From NCBI RefSeq assembly GCF_009914755.1, contig NC_060940.1: DNA of 64,000 bases; one strand, written 5' to 3'. Below, piece after piece: positions 30,644 through 43,949 of this stretch. Source of the stretch: the human T2T-CHM13v2.0 reference genome, Homo sapiens. Positions within the stretch are counted from its first letter, which is position 1. Each line of letters opens with the position of its first letter. The translations under genes and the position numbers were made by a program. The notes beneath the pieces are model-generated. The model did not search any database. It worked only from the letters and a program-made list of their open reading frames with translations, and was not told where the DNA came from.

Positions 30644-31566
30644 TCAGGGAGGTTAAGTAACTAAGTCAAGGTCACAGAGCATGTATCTATATATGGAAAA
30701 CCCAGGCTTCTGGCTTTCAAAACTACCCTTCTAGTTTAGCTATAAATGTGTGATTGAGTAGTTCTCTTATGAAAATCAGAAATACCCTCTTTCTTCTGTA
30801 TTTTTTTTTGTTTCTATTCCGGCTGAACAACCATATGACAAATTGCATATCTCATTAGGGCCAGTGAGATAAAGAGGTACATGGTGATCTTCACGGGCAG
30901 CGTTTGAGGTTAGGCCTTGAGAAGGTGATGAAACACCATCACTAATCAAGTTGACGAGGTCAGCAACAGTCATTCTCTTCATTCTTTTCTGTCTTATTAG
31001 GATAATTTTACTCTTCCTGTGCTCGGCAATTGAACAATGATTACTTTCCTAAATACTACATGAGTTTTGACAAAACAAACCCCCGAGGAATCAAAATAAG
31101 TAATTTCTATTCAGCAGAAATCATTCTCAGATTAGTCTGCATGCAATATTCTACAACCCAATTATCTCAATATGCAGACATGTATAATAAATAAAGAGCA
31201 CACCAACTCTCATAAGCTGCGGTTGAGCAAGAGGTAGGGGTGGAGGCATGTCTAATTAGAAGCTGTCAATTTTTAGCCTGGTACCGCCAAGAAATGAGAC
31301 AGAAAGAGGACTCAGACCTCCATCCTAGCAATGCTGAAAATCTTTGGTAGGTGACTTTCTACCTCCATATGTGTCATGAAGGTCCGTTTGCTCATTTATT
31401 TAAATTTTTAATGCAAGCAACATTCATTGGACCTAACATGTATGTTCAACATGGCTCTGGGGATACAAGATGAACACAACACAACTCCTGCCTCAAGGTG
31501 GTTTGTGTTGAAATTTAAACCTGTTGACCTAGGTAAAGCACATAGTACCATATCTGGTTTGTAGTA

Positions 31567-31984
31567 TGATACGGTTTGGATCTGTGTCCCCACCAAATCT
31601 CATGTAGAACTGTAATCCCTAGTGTTAGAGGTGGGGCCTGGTGGGAGGTGAGTGGATCACGGGGGTGGAGTTCTCACGAATGGGTTAGCACCATCCCCTC
31701 AGTGCTGTTCTCATGACAGTGAGTGAGTTATTGTGGGATCTTGTTGTTTAAAAGCGTGTAGCACCTCCCCCTTCTCTCTTCCTCCATCTTTGGCCATATG
31801 AAGATGGCCGCTCCAGCTTTGGCTTCCAGTATAAGTAAAAGCTCCCTGAGGCCTTCCCAGAAGCTGGGCATATGCCAGCATCATGCTTCCTTTAATTGGA
31901 ATCATGAGCCAATTAAATCTGTTTTCTTATAACTTACCCAGTCTCAGGTATTTATTTATAGCAATGTGTGAATGGAGTCATACA
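31567..31984 (+). mobile_element. MSTA solo LTR (MaLR)
   Basis: 'tgatacggtttggatctgtgtccccaccaaatctcatg' to 'ggagtcataca'; 5-bp TSD tagta/tggta. Confidence 0.9.
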
Positions 31985-32065
31985 TGGTAAATGTTGCTAG
32001 ATGCTCAAGTTAGCACCTTCCTCTGTCTCCTCTGCAGATTCTGAGCAACACCATCCACATACCAT

Positions 32066-32420
32066 CTTTATTCATTAATTACTGTTCACTCTATTTTGAG
32101 TTACACTATGAGCTCATCCCAGAGGAAAGCACTGAGGACACAAGGGAACAGAAGACAACCCAGTGCCTGCCCCCATGGAGTTTACAGTCTCCTGGGAGAG
32201 ACAGATACTAAATAATCATACAACCAAATGTCAAAATGCAACTCTGACAGGTATCAGGGAGAAGGATGCAGAGTATGATGATGAAAATTTGTGATAAGAG
32301 ATATGCTTCAGTCAGAAAGATCAAGGAAGTCTTCACACAAGGAAACATATCCTAAACCAAGAGCTAAAGAGGGAGCAGAAAGAAGTCAACTAGGTAAATT
32401 GGGGGTGAAGAGGAGAAAAG
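32066..32420 (-). mobile_element. L2 3' end (contains duplication donor 32083-32360)
   Basis: 'ttattcatt..tgcctgcccccatggagtttacagtct..ggagagacaga' antisense L2 3' end; L2 similarity extends past both duplication breakpoints. Confidence 0.8.
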
Positions 32421-32423
32421 GCA

Positions 32424-32791
32424 TGTCTTAGTCTGTTTGGCCTTCTATAACAAAATGCCATAGACTGGGTGGCTTATCAACAACAGACATCTATTTCTTA
32501 CAGTTCTAGAGTCTGGGAAGTCCAAGATCAAGGCCCCAGCAGATTCAGTGTATGGTGAGGGCCTATGTTTTGATTCATAGATGGCCAACTTTTCACTGTG
32601 CCCTCACATGGTGGAAAGGGCATGGGAGTTCTCTGAGGTCTCTTTCATAAGGACACTAACAGCACCCATGAGAGCTCGACCCTCATGACCTACCTACTGC
32701 CCAAAGATCCGACCTCCAAATGCTATCATATTGTGGGTTAGGTTTCAACAAACAGATTTTGTAGAGGAAGTAAATATTCAGTCTATTCACA
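32424..32791 (-). mobile_element. MLT1A/MLT1A0 solo LTR
   Basis: 'tgtcttagtctgtttgg..ccatagactgggtggctta..ctgggaagtccaagatcaagg'. Confidence 0.9.
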
Positions 32792-33689
32792 GATCACTGA
32801 ACTTGTGAATAGACTTTGTGTGCAAAGGCACAATCTCAGTGATTTTACACTAATACTAAGGGAGGGGCTAAGAATGTCCCTACTTTATAAATGAGGAAAT
32901 TGAAACTTGGAGACTTAAGAAAACTCTCCAAGATCACACTGTGAATAACAATGAAGCCAGAATTTGAGCCCAAGATGGGAAACAGCATGGGGCTACTTTC
33001 AGATCATGGCCTCTTTATAATGGATATGGCTCACTGTTTTATACCCCTTTGATAGTTGCTACCTAATAATGTTCAATGCAGAAAAAGCAGGTGGATAAAA
33101 GTAACCAAAACTTCACAGATGGTCACTTAGACTTAACTCAGCCTTCCACGTCACACATTTTAGCCCACATGCAAGAGCCATGAGTCACCTGGTAGTGAGT
33201 CACCCGTTCATCCCTACACCAGTAGATTTACCCAATGCTGTCTGTGCCAAGCTAAGAGCAAGCCCAGAGAGCTCTAGAAAAAAAAAAATGCCCAATAAAT
33301 GTGGGAGGAAATGGGGCAGTATACAACCTTCCTGAAATACCTGACAGATGCCTGACCTTCCAATGGCCTTGGCTATGCATGTGCTTCAGAGCTTCGCCAG
33401 TTCCATTTTCTAAGTAAATGCTAAGGCCAAGTTTGAGCCCCTGGCTTATTTATTAGGCAAAGTGAGGCATTTAAGTTTCCAGTCAGTGAACAAAGAGACT
33501 GCAGTGAGGAGCAGTTTCTGATTAGATGTGCTCAAAGGAAGCCTTGTAAAACGGGAGCTTGGCACTATAATTGAACAAGTGGCACCAAGCAAAGCCAAGA
33601 CATTAGCAGTGGAGGAGAAAGGGCATTAGCACAGCCAACATTATCTTTACAGAAAAAGGCCCCTGAGATCCCACCTGCATTTGTTTAAT

Positions 33690-34070
33690 TTTATTTATTT
33701 ATTTTCAGAGCCCCATCTCAACTCCACAAAGATCTGAGACACCTACAGAAGTAAAACAACATGAACATAGGTAATGTTTAAAATTAGAAAAAAGGTAATA
33801 TAAAAAGTAGAAATACAGCCAAGGATAAAGTAATACACAAAATGCATAACACAAGTTCTGTGCACTTGCTAGAAGTAGGGCCAACATTTGACTTTGAGCT
33901 TCCTGGCAGCCAAAGCAAAGAGGGAAACTGTTTCCAGAAAATTATAAATTAGCCAGCTGCTTGAGTGAGGTTCCAGTCTCCTGGTACTAAAGCCTGAGAG
34001 CAGTTTATCCTGATGGGAACACCATTTTATGACCTTAATCATATCCACAATAAATCCATTAGCTGGCTTT
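33690..34070. mobile_element. Possible ancient LINE (L4/RTE-X-like) relic
   Basis: 'gagcttcctggcagccaaagcaaagagggaaac' resembles recalled L4 consensus. Confidence 0.35.
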
Positions 34071-34749
34071 AATTTGAATATTAACTAATTTACTTTTATT
34101 ATTTCATAATAAAGCTTATTAGCTTATTAACAAGAAATTTAGTACAACTAGTTAGAAGTAGCCAAAACAAGGCAAGCCATGTACAAAGCTCCATGGTCTG
34201 CCTTTATTTAGGACTTAGACTTTCAAATATAAACAGCATGCTTCTACAACTGGGTCATGTGGAGCAGCAGTTATCTTAAGAAGATCCACGACCAAAAAGC
34301 TCCCTGGTTAAAACTGGTTTGGCAATCGGTTTGGGGATATTCATGCTAAAGACTCTGAGTAGTTCTCTAGTCAGGAACTCTGCTCCTTTGCACAGATATT
34401 TGAGCAATGGACCCTTTTATTCACATCCCAATCCACAAGTTCTCAGGATGACCAGCTTGTGGATTGGGGTGTGAATAAAAGGTAAATAAGAAAGTGTCTA
34501 TTAAGTGTCTGGTGTCTATCATCAGTGCTCCTCAATAAGTGGTTATTATACATATCATTATTTCCTTTAATCCTTGATAATGCCTGTGAGATGAGTAGTA
34601 TGCCACCACTTCCACAGTTGAAGAAACTACAAAGCAGTGAAACTGAAAAGGACATTGCTCAGGCACACAGCCAGGATGCAACAGGGATTCGGCTCTCCAC
34701 TTCCTGTGGTGCTGGAAGAGCTGCGAATCACACTCCCTAGGTGTGAGAC

Positions 34750-35597
34750 CCGGACCAATCCCTGATCCCACCCACAGCTGTTGTGATTGGCTCAGGGTTG
34801 GCACATGATCCCAGGCAAGGCCAATCATTCTCCCCTGAGATGAATGTTGAGATAAGGGCATTTTCTACTCCATGGCTACTGGTAGCCATCTTGCCTACCA
34901 TGGAGTGATTTCCTCTTTGAAGAAAATGGCAGGCTGTTATTTACAATAGCAAAGATATGGAACCAACCCAAATGCCCATCAGTGATAGACTGGATAAAGA
35001 AAATGTGGCACATATACCCCACGGAATACTATGCAACCATGAAAAGAATGAGATCATGTTCTTTGCAGGGACATGGATGAGGCTGGAAGCCATCATCCTC
35101 AGCAAACTAACACATGAACAGAAAATCAAAACCGTATGTTCCCACTCATAAGTGGGAATTGAACAATGAGGTCACATGGACACAGGGAGGGGAACAACAC
35201 ACACGAGTGCCCGTTGGGGGTGGGGAACAAGGGGAGGGAGAGCATTAGGACAAATACCTAACGCATGTGAGGCTTAAAACCTAGATGACGGGTTGATAGG
35301 TGCAGCAAACCACCATGGCACACGTATACCTATGTAACAAACCTGAACATTCTGCCCATGTATCCCGGTACTTAAAGTAAAATAAAAATTAAAAAAAAAA
35401 AAAAAAAAAAAAAAGAGGCTGAAGCAAGCAGAGGTGGGAGATGGAGAGCCAGAGAGACAAAGTCCTACCAACACAAAATCAGTCTGCAATTAGACCCGCC
35501 CTCAAACTTCTCACCTACACAAATCTCTAAATTTCCTTTTGACCAGTTTGATTTGTGTTTCTGTCACTTACAACTAAAACCATCTTGAACAAATACA
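34750..35597 (+). mobile_element. MLT1K/L-like LTR split by an L1PA insertion
   Basis: 'gtgattggctcagggttggcacatga..ggccaatca' before the L1, and 'tttctgtcacttacaactaaaa..aaataca' after it. Confidence 0.6.
34937..35414 (+). mobile_element. L1PA (about L1PA7/8) 3' end with polyA
   Basis: Classic L1PA 3'UTR 'ggttgataggtgcagcaaaccaccatggcacacgtatacctatgtaacaaacctg'; G-rich tract 35216-35239. Confidence 0.95.
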
Positions 35598-36617
35598 GAA
35601 TCCATGAGTGTTTGTTTTCTTATGAAAGAGTATGTGTGCATCTGTAATAAATATATTTACACCTGAGCCACACATGATGAGAGTGGCAATGAAGTTTATT
35701 TTGTCCAAATATCAGAACCTGTAATGGAGCTAGATTCAGAACTAGACAGAATAATAATAAGGATGAAAAAAGACATTTAAAGCAGATCTCAAAATCCCCA
35801 AAGAACTCGATTTTGTTGGGAAATGCTGACACAAGTCAAACCACAAAAGCTCAAATGTCCCCAGTATAACTAGTTTACCTTTCAATTTTATCCGAATTCA
35901 ACTCCTGAGGACTTGGGCTGAGCATTTTGAGAGGAACAAAGTCATAGGCGTGGGTACCACATCAGAAGTCCCTGAAGAGGTCCTATTGACTTTGCTAAGT
36001 TTATTCTGCATAACCTCAGAGCAGCCTAAAAGATTGCTAACAGCAGCATGGAATTCCCTTATGGGCCCCAAACTCTGGATTGCACTCTGAGGGAGTCCAT
36101 GTCAGCAGGCTCTGAAACATCCCAGGTGCAGGGTGTTTAATGAATGCAGAGCACAGAGCTAGTGGGGCGTTTGTTAATAGAGCAAAAGAGGAGATTCATG
36201 TACAAAGCAAGCCTGAGTACAGTTTATACTGCCGCTGTTTAATTACTTCAAGCTTCAGGCTCCTGAGTCCTTTGCTGGTGGAAAAGCACCAAAGTTTCCT
36301 GTGCACACACACACACACACACCCCACACAAAGAATGAAAAGAAAGAGAAAAAAATCCATGCCAGGCATTCACAGTGCAGATCCTGATTGATTCGCTAGC
36401 ATTCTCCAAACCCATTGATGCCAGCAACCCAGTCTCTGCAAGCTCTCAGCTTCTGTTTTAGGAAAAAGGAAAAAAAAAAAAGAAGATAAAAAAAGGAATG
36501 CTGGCTCTCTTCTACCTTTGAAATTGTTATGAAATAAAATTATAGGAAGATAAGAAAATACTCTAGCCTTATATGACAGAGTAGGGAGAATGAAAGGAGA
36601 GGGGACAATCTACCACC

Positions 36618-36670
36618 ACATGGCCAATGCAAGTGGTGCCCCCTAGAGTTGTGCAGTGCATGGCATTCCT
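36618..36670. mobile_element. MER91-like relic with CTCF motif
   Basis: 'tggtgccccctagagttgtgcagtgca'. Confidence 0.6.
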
Positions 36671-39600
36671 AACGATGTGTGAGTGTCTGCCTCTGGAGAG
36701 AAGAGTCAAGGTTTAATGCCTAGCCATTTCCCTATTGCTCCCAATGTTATTCCTAATGCCGCCATCTTCATATATATTTATAAAAATCCCTGTTTTATTG
36801 CCCCAGTTTCTTTCTCTGCAAAATGGGGCGTTGGACCAGATACTGTCTAAGTAACTGTGAAACTTTATCAATTCTATCTTTGAGATGGAAAAGATCTAGA
36901 AAAGCTGCCTGATCCTGTTCCATATGTTTCAAACTCCTACGATGAACATAGTTTATTAGTTAAGGATATAGATTTTGAAGTCAAACAGAACTGAGATAGA
37001 CTCATCTCTTCTAATTCATAGTTTTATGCAATTAGACAAATTATCCTCCCAAATCCCTATTTTTCTAGTCTGTAAAATGAGGTGATAACAGAATATCAGA
37101 TCTATTGGTTGTTGTGAGCATTCAGTAAAATAGAGCACACAAGGCTCTGAGTCATGCCTGACCCATGCATGGGAAGCATCTAAAAAATGTACCTCTTGTT
37201 ACTATTCATATAGTGATGATGCTCTTTTTTCACACGCGGTGAGATGAGTCCCACAGCTGGTAAGGAAGCAGAAGGTAGAGAACGTCTCTCGTTTTAGCAT
37301 TTCTTATACTTATTGTTGACACCATGCAACAGCAGGAAGTAGAAAAGAAAAAACTTTATCCTGCATGGAAAAAGTGAAATGGTAACACATCATCTCCACC
37401 CCATCCCCAAAGATCCACAACATTAGCCTTGGAATCTAAAAGAATAAATAACTGCAGATGTAGTTGAATTTTCAGGGCTCTGAGAAGGCCCCGGGTTGCC
37501 AAAAACCTTCCCCATTTAATGGAAAGATCCGAAATATCACCATTAAGTGTTTTATCATTTGGATGAAGATTCTGATCTTTGTTAAAAGCCGAATATCCCT
37601 GGGCAAAGAATTGAGTTACCAGGATTGAAAAATGACCTGAGAAAAGTTTTTGATTGAGAGAAGGGAACTGTGAAATGCTAGAGAGGAGACAGAATGCAGC
37701 TCCGAGAGGTGGGAGTAGGGAATGGGAGCTTCAGCTTTGTCCAACTCCCCTTTTGCCAAAGGAATAATATGGGTCTGTAGAGGATACATAAGTAGTCACA
37801 TTTTTTGGCCCTGAGCCAAAAGTAACATATAAAGAGTTTAAAGTAAACATATAAAGAGCTTAGAGAAATCTAATATTGTCCCCCAACCAAAGTAACCCAA
37901 GCCCCAAAGAGGAGAAAATAATTGTTCAAGGTCCTATAGCAAGTTGGATAGAAGAGCTTTTTCCTCCAGTTGCCCAGCCCTGAATTCTTTGCATTAAATT
38001 ATTCCACCCCGTCAACTAAAGGAGAAGTAAAGGGCTAATCTGGATTTATTCAAGTGTTATGGTGCTGGCAGAGAGTTAGGACTTCAGAACTATTCCCAAG
38101 AACCTGCAGCCCTCCCTCACAAAACAGAAACAACTCCAATAACACAGGCCATGCTTTCATTGATGGTTCCTCAGATGTGGAGGTAGAGGTTTCAGATCCA
38201 AGCCGTGATCTCTGTGTGACCTTGGCCATGCTGAGAAACCTCAGTTCCTCCACCTGAGAAACAGAATTAATGGTCTCCCTGTTTCATAGAGTTGCTGGAA
38301 GATTAACGAAATTAAACATAAAAAATATTCTGTATGTGCTGGGTCAATATTTCCATTTTTTGTTTTTCCAAAATTCCTCTATATGCCTCTGAGTCCTGAC
38401 CTTATATTTATAGTAATACCACTTCCAACCCCCTCCCATTTCCCCTTTTTAAATTTTCCCAGATATCCAGTGCTCCAAAGTTCTGATTAAACGAGAAGAC
38501 CCACACCTAAGTGTATTCGACAAATGAATCTATTTATTTTCATTTCTATTCCATACGACGCATACCAGTCTGCAACTATCTTTACAATCATATCCTGTGA
38601 AGAATACCTGAAGGTACCTTTCTGATTGACTTCTTCAATCTATATGCAGATTTGTGCTAAGCCAGTAAATAATTTGTAACAATTTGCATTGAGTTTATGG
38701 TTTCTCTAATCCAACCCTGATCATTTGTAAATTGTTTCTATTCATGTGCAGATCAACTGTAATAAGATTGCTAATAAAAGAGTGGTTAATAAAATTTATA
38801 ATGGGAAGACAAAGCATAATTTAGAGGTGGGGATTTTTGACATAAGGGCTTTTCCAGGCCATAGGCAAAAATAGATTCATAAAATTCTATTTGTTTTTAT
38901 TTTACTTTCTGAAGAATACCTCGTGGTGAAATGTGGTCTTAAATCCTATTTCTTCCTCCTAGCCTTCACTGCTGGTCTTGAGCAACAGTGTTTTCTCATG
39001 TCTTGAGAAACTTTCCCAGTAATGACTCAGTCTCTCTGCAACCCAGTATTGGTGGTTAGGAAGGATATAAATGGTTTGTATGCATTTGTCTATCCATTTA
39101 TTCAAGAAACATTTTTTGAGTGCCCATTGTGCTCCAGATAACGTGACAGGTCATAGAGATACCAACATGCATGAAACAAGGCTAATTCCATCAATGAACT
39201 GACCAACTGCAACAATCAAGATTTTATATGTGTTACTGATCATTAAATCCTCAATGCCTAGAAAAGCACTAATTAATAGTATGTGATTAATGAATATTTT
39301 TGAAATAAATGAATGTACTGAAAGAGTTAGGCAAGTAAATTATGCTAAAGCCATCAAACCTCATCCCACCCATCCATTACTCTAGCCCTTCATGACCAGT
39401 GTCATGAAGTAAATGAAGGCAAAGTCCATTTGGCTGAAAGAAGCATAAAAGATTTTATTGGTCATATGACATGTATCAGATCACAGGAATCAGGTAAAGC
39501 CCTAGACCAAATCTGACTCCACAGGAGATGTTTTCATAAAATTTTATGAACTCTCCTAGTAAGTACCTGAGAAGTTGGAAGACTCTGGACTCTACTGTTT

Positions 39601-41046
39601 TATGAGTTATAGCATCCCTGCAAGTTTGGTGCTATTATTCTTATTTTGCAAATGAGAAAACCATGATTCGCTGAAATTAAGCAACTATCTGAGGTCCCAA
39701 CCAGAAAGTGGCATACCTCTCTCAATTCAGAACCCACGTTTGTGAATAGCCATTCTCCTTTAGGTTTATAAAGAGAGATGCATCGAGAGAGCAGGGAGAA
39801 TGTCTAGGGGATTACACTAGCAAAGATTCTTTCATGAGAAAGGAAGCATTATGAGGAAGGAAGATGTGTTCCCCTTCCCCACAAAAGTGTCTTCTGCTGT
39901 GCTTTGAACATGTTTCTTCTTATTTAGTTATCTGTTGCTTGGTCCAAAACGTAGTACTCCCCCAACACCAGGGAAGATAGCCACTCCCACCCCTGTACTT
40001 GTCATTCTAATCTTCCACTCTTCATACAAAACCAGTTCAGTTCTTCCTTTTAAATTATCGTCCATCAATTCCCCAAAAGGAAGGGTGGAATTCCCTATGG
40101 AGGAGAAGTCAAAGGATATATGCTTGAGACAGAAAGTCCATAACCAGCATGGGCCTAACATGTCAAATATTTCGTGGGACTACAGTCATGTGGTCCCAAG
40201 TGGTAGCTGTCAAAGGCCTTTTGTAGGAAGATGACCTCAATTTCCCCTTCTGTCAGTCAGGCCATCTTCCCAGGCCCCATGTCTAATTCAGAAACCTCTT
40301 CTACTCTTCAAATTCACCCTGCTTTACCCCTGGGGCTTAAGGACTGAAGTCAATGGCATCCACAGCTGCCTTTCTCTTTCAATAGTTTTCATAAAATAAG
40401 GAGTGATTGAGAGTGGGAATTGCAGATCAAAAGGAGATAGTGAAATGTCATCAGCATTACATAATTTGTACTATCACTTGTCAACATTGATCCCCTTAAT
40501 ACCATCCCTCTGACAGATGAACGAGTCAGTATTGTAGAATACTAACAAGTAAAGGAGAGGGATAAAAAGACAACCATGTTTGATTACCCTCTGCAGTCGA
40601 AAGGATTTGAAAGTCATGACACTGGTTATTACTACGGTCTTCAGAGATATGAACAGAAACTTAATCTATCTAATAAAATTGCCTTGAGAGATAAACTTAA
40701 TCTAAACTTTCTTTCAGCTATCTCCAAGTATAATGTAATGGATTTTTCTTGGTCTCCATTGCAGCACAAGACAGTGAGGTAGAAGACAGACCCACCACGT
40801 TAATTAATCCACTTCTCTCTTGTCAAATGGACATGGCGTGTGGAATAGAAGTTGGTACTTCTGAATGGATGGGGGCACATGTTTAATAGAACTCATCTGA
40901 TGGGACAATCACAGTCTTTCAGACTAAGGAGACTGCCAGAATGGAGGTGGATGTGGCTTGCAGAACTTTTGGAGGGGTACAATGGGGGAGGTGAGAGTGA
41001 AAGGGGAAGTCAGGGATATCCAATTGCATCCTTTTAAGAATTTCTG

Positions 41047-41404
<358 letters not shown>

Positions 41405-43949
41405 TTACTAAATGCTGGGAACGGGGCTAGACTTTGGGAAAACAATGGTGTATGTGACGGAGAGCCTGCCCTCACAAAGCTTACAGTCTAATGCAGAGAT
41501 AATCGATTTAAAAAGCTCATCTCCTGGTGTGTAGTATATGCTAGTTGACACCTGGCTGGAAGAAGGACAGCTTGGGAAAGGATGTTGAATTGGGTCGGAC
41601 AACTGTGTCCCCACCTTGACAAGAGAATACACCTTTCCCAGGAAGAGCTTGATCATCCTAAGTTCTCCAAGCTGTGTCAGATGCTGACTTCCTTTCACAC
41701 GTCAGAAATAAAACAAGCCTGCATGCACTCGGACCAGTAGTGTGCAACCCAGAGGACTGGAGAGTCTCAGAATTTATGTGGCAGCATCTCTGCCCTCGAA
41801 GGTGAGCAACTTCCATTGGAATTTCTTCCTTAGATCCATTTCTTCCTCCGAAGGCTGAAGAGAGGTTCTTGAAACGGAATCAAATCTTATTTTAAAGCCT
41901 GCAGCCCCCACTGATGGGAATCATACAGGGATGAGTCACAACCGTTCATGTGCAAAGCAAGCAGTTTCCTTCTCCATCCTGGGGGAGAGGGTCACCACTG
42001 CTTTCTGACTCTTTCTCTAATATCTGTATCCCTTTGTCTTTATTTTTAACTTTTTTTCTTTGTAATATATGCTTTTATATATGAGATGAAGGAACCGATA
42101 TTTATGCATACTTAATATATTCCAGACCCTAGGTGATTTGGATAATTATGTAAAATACTTTTTAGCAGAAGGAGTGAGCATTTATCTTAGAGAGAGACTT
42201 GCTTTCATTGACATTATCTGATAAACCTGCTATAGGTTAGAAGCAAGGCATCTATATCCTGGTACCAGGTCTAACATAGAAGAGAGGAGATACTGTGTTT
42301 GATGGCGGGGGAAGATTTAATATTGAAAAGCAGGTGGAAAACATGGCACAGAACTGGTCACTCCATCGGGAATGGAAGGGATGAAGAAGAGGATCTCTCC
42401 TGATGGCCTCACCAGGGTGGAAATTGGGGATAAAAAGAAAAATCAAATGGGGAATTCATTGTGTGATACGTGCCATGCCAACACTCCACTACCTCCCTTA
42501 AAAATGTTCAGAAAAGGCAACGTTGCTCTTCAAAGCACCATAAAGAAGATTTACTGGGGAAAACACAATCAGAAATGGGGGAGTCCACCCTGCTTGTAAG
42601 GACACAGGAGGTAGGGAAGAAAAGCTTCATCAGACATCTCTGCTGTAAAAGCAAACATTTACTGACTAACTCCTCCCCATAATCCTGTAAGACAGATATT
42701 TCACGTTCATCTTATAGCTAAGGAAACTCATTTATTTATTTATTCATTCACTTATTCAAGAAACATTCCGGGACTATTAGATGCTAGAGAATGTGCTCAG
42801 TGCTGCGTTACAATTGAGCGAGCCAAGCTTTTGGTTTTAGTTTGTTTGTTTGCCTTGGGCTTTTCTCCCTTATTTAACTTACAGTCGAATGGAGATAATC
42901 CTCACTCCACGGTGGGGCCCACACACAGGCATGAACAATGGAGCTGGGCGTCACTAGGGTCATCTTTGGAAGCTGCTTCTCATATAGCTCATATAGGAAG
43001 TGACCCCTCCCACTCTCTATTTTGGTAGAAATCATGTGCACTCTAAAATCTGTGTTACTTCTCTATAAACTGGGAATGAGATGGAGTAAGATCCATCCAG
43101 CACAGTGCCTACTCAATAATAAGAACTCAGGAAGTGATAGCTACTTATGAATGGGCTGGGCTAAACCCCTTTCAGCTTTATGAATCTGACTTTCCTGGTT
43201 CTTTCTAACAGCTGCTTATCCTATAAACACCTTTCTTAGACCATTGGCTAATGATGTCCTGATCCTTTGGGTAACATTTCCTCAGCCCCTTTCCTAAAGT
43301 TATGCCTCTGCTATTGAAATAAACTCATGAGGTCACAAGAGACTGTTCATCTTTAAAGAAAACATTTCTAAGCAGATGAAGGCAATCCATTAGACAAATT
43401 CCCCTGCCCATGCTAATACAGCCCCTGAATCATCTCAACAGCCTGAGGTACTATAAAACACAGTCACACCTTCTTACTTTTGTAATGGAAACAGCAAGTG
43501 GGTTTGTATGCAACCCATTCAAAATCTCCAATTTCATCCACCATCTAATCTGTTAATTCCCTTTCAAATGCCCACTTTCTGATGTTTTTCTCCCTCAACA
43601 TCCATAAGAGAACACACTCTGGGTCTCCCAAAGATGAAAAAAAAAAAGTCATTAAAGGCAAATCTCAAAGTTCACTTTTTTCGTGGAAAGCAGGCAGCTG
43701 ATGGGACAACCAAATTGACTGGGCTCCCAAGACAGGGCTCTCTCAAAGACATGGAAGAGAAGTCAGTTTGGCAACAGGGAAGTTGTTGTTGCCAGGCGTA
43801 AAGATAACTTGCAGTAAACATGGAGAGGACACAGGACGAGACCAACAGGGGGAAATGCATGGAAAAGGGAAAGAAGATCCCACCAGTGGAAAATGACCAC
43901 TAGGGACAGCAGCTCTAGACAGACCGACGTGCGAGTACATGGCTTGCTG

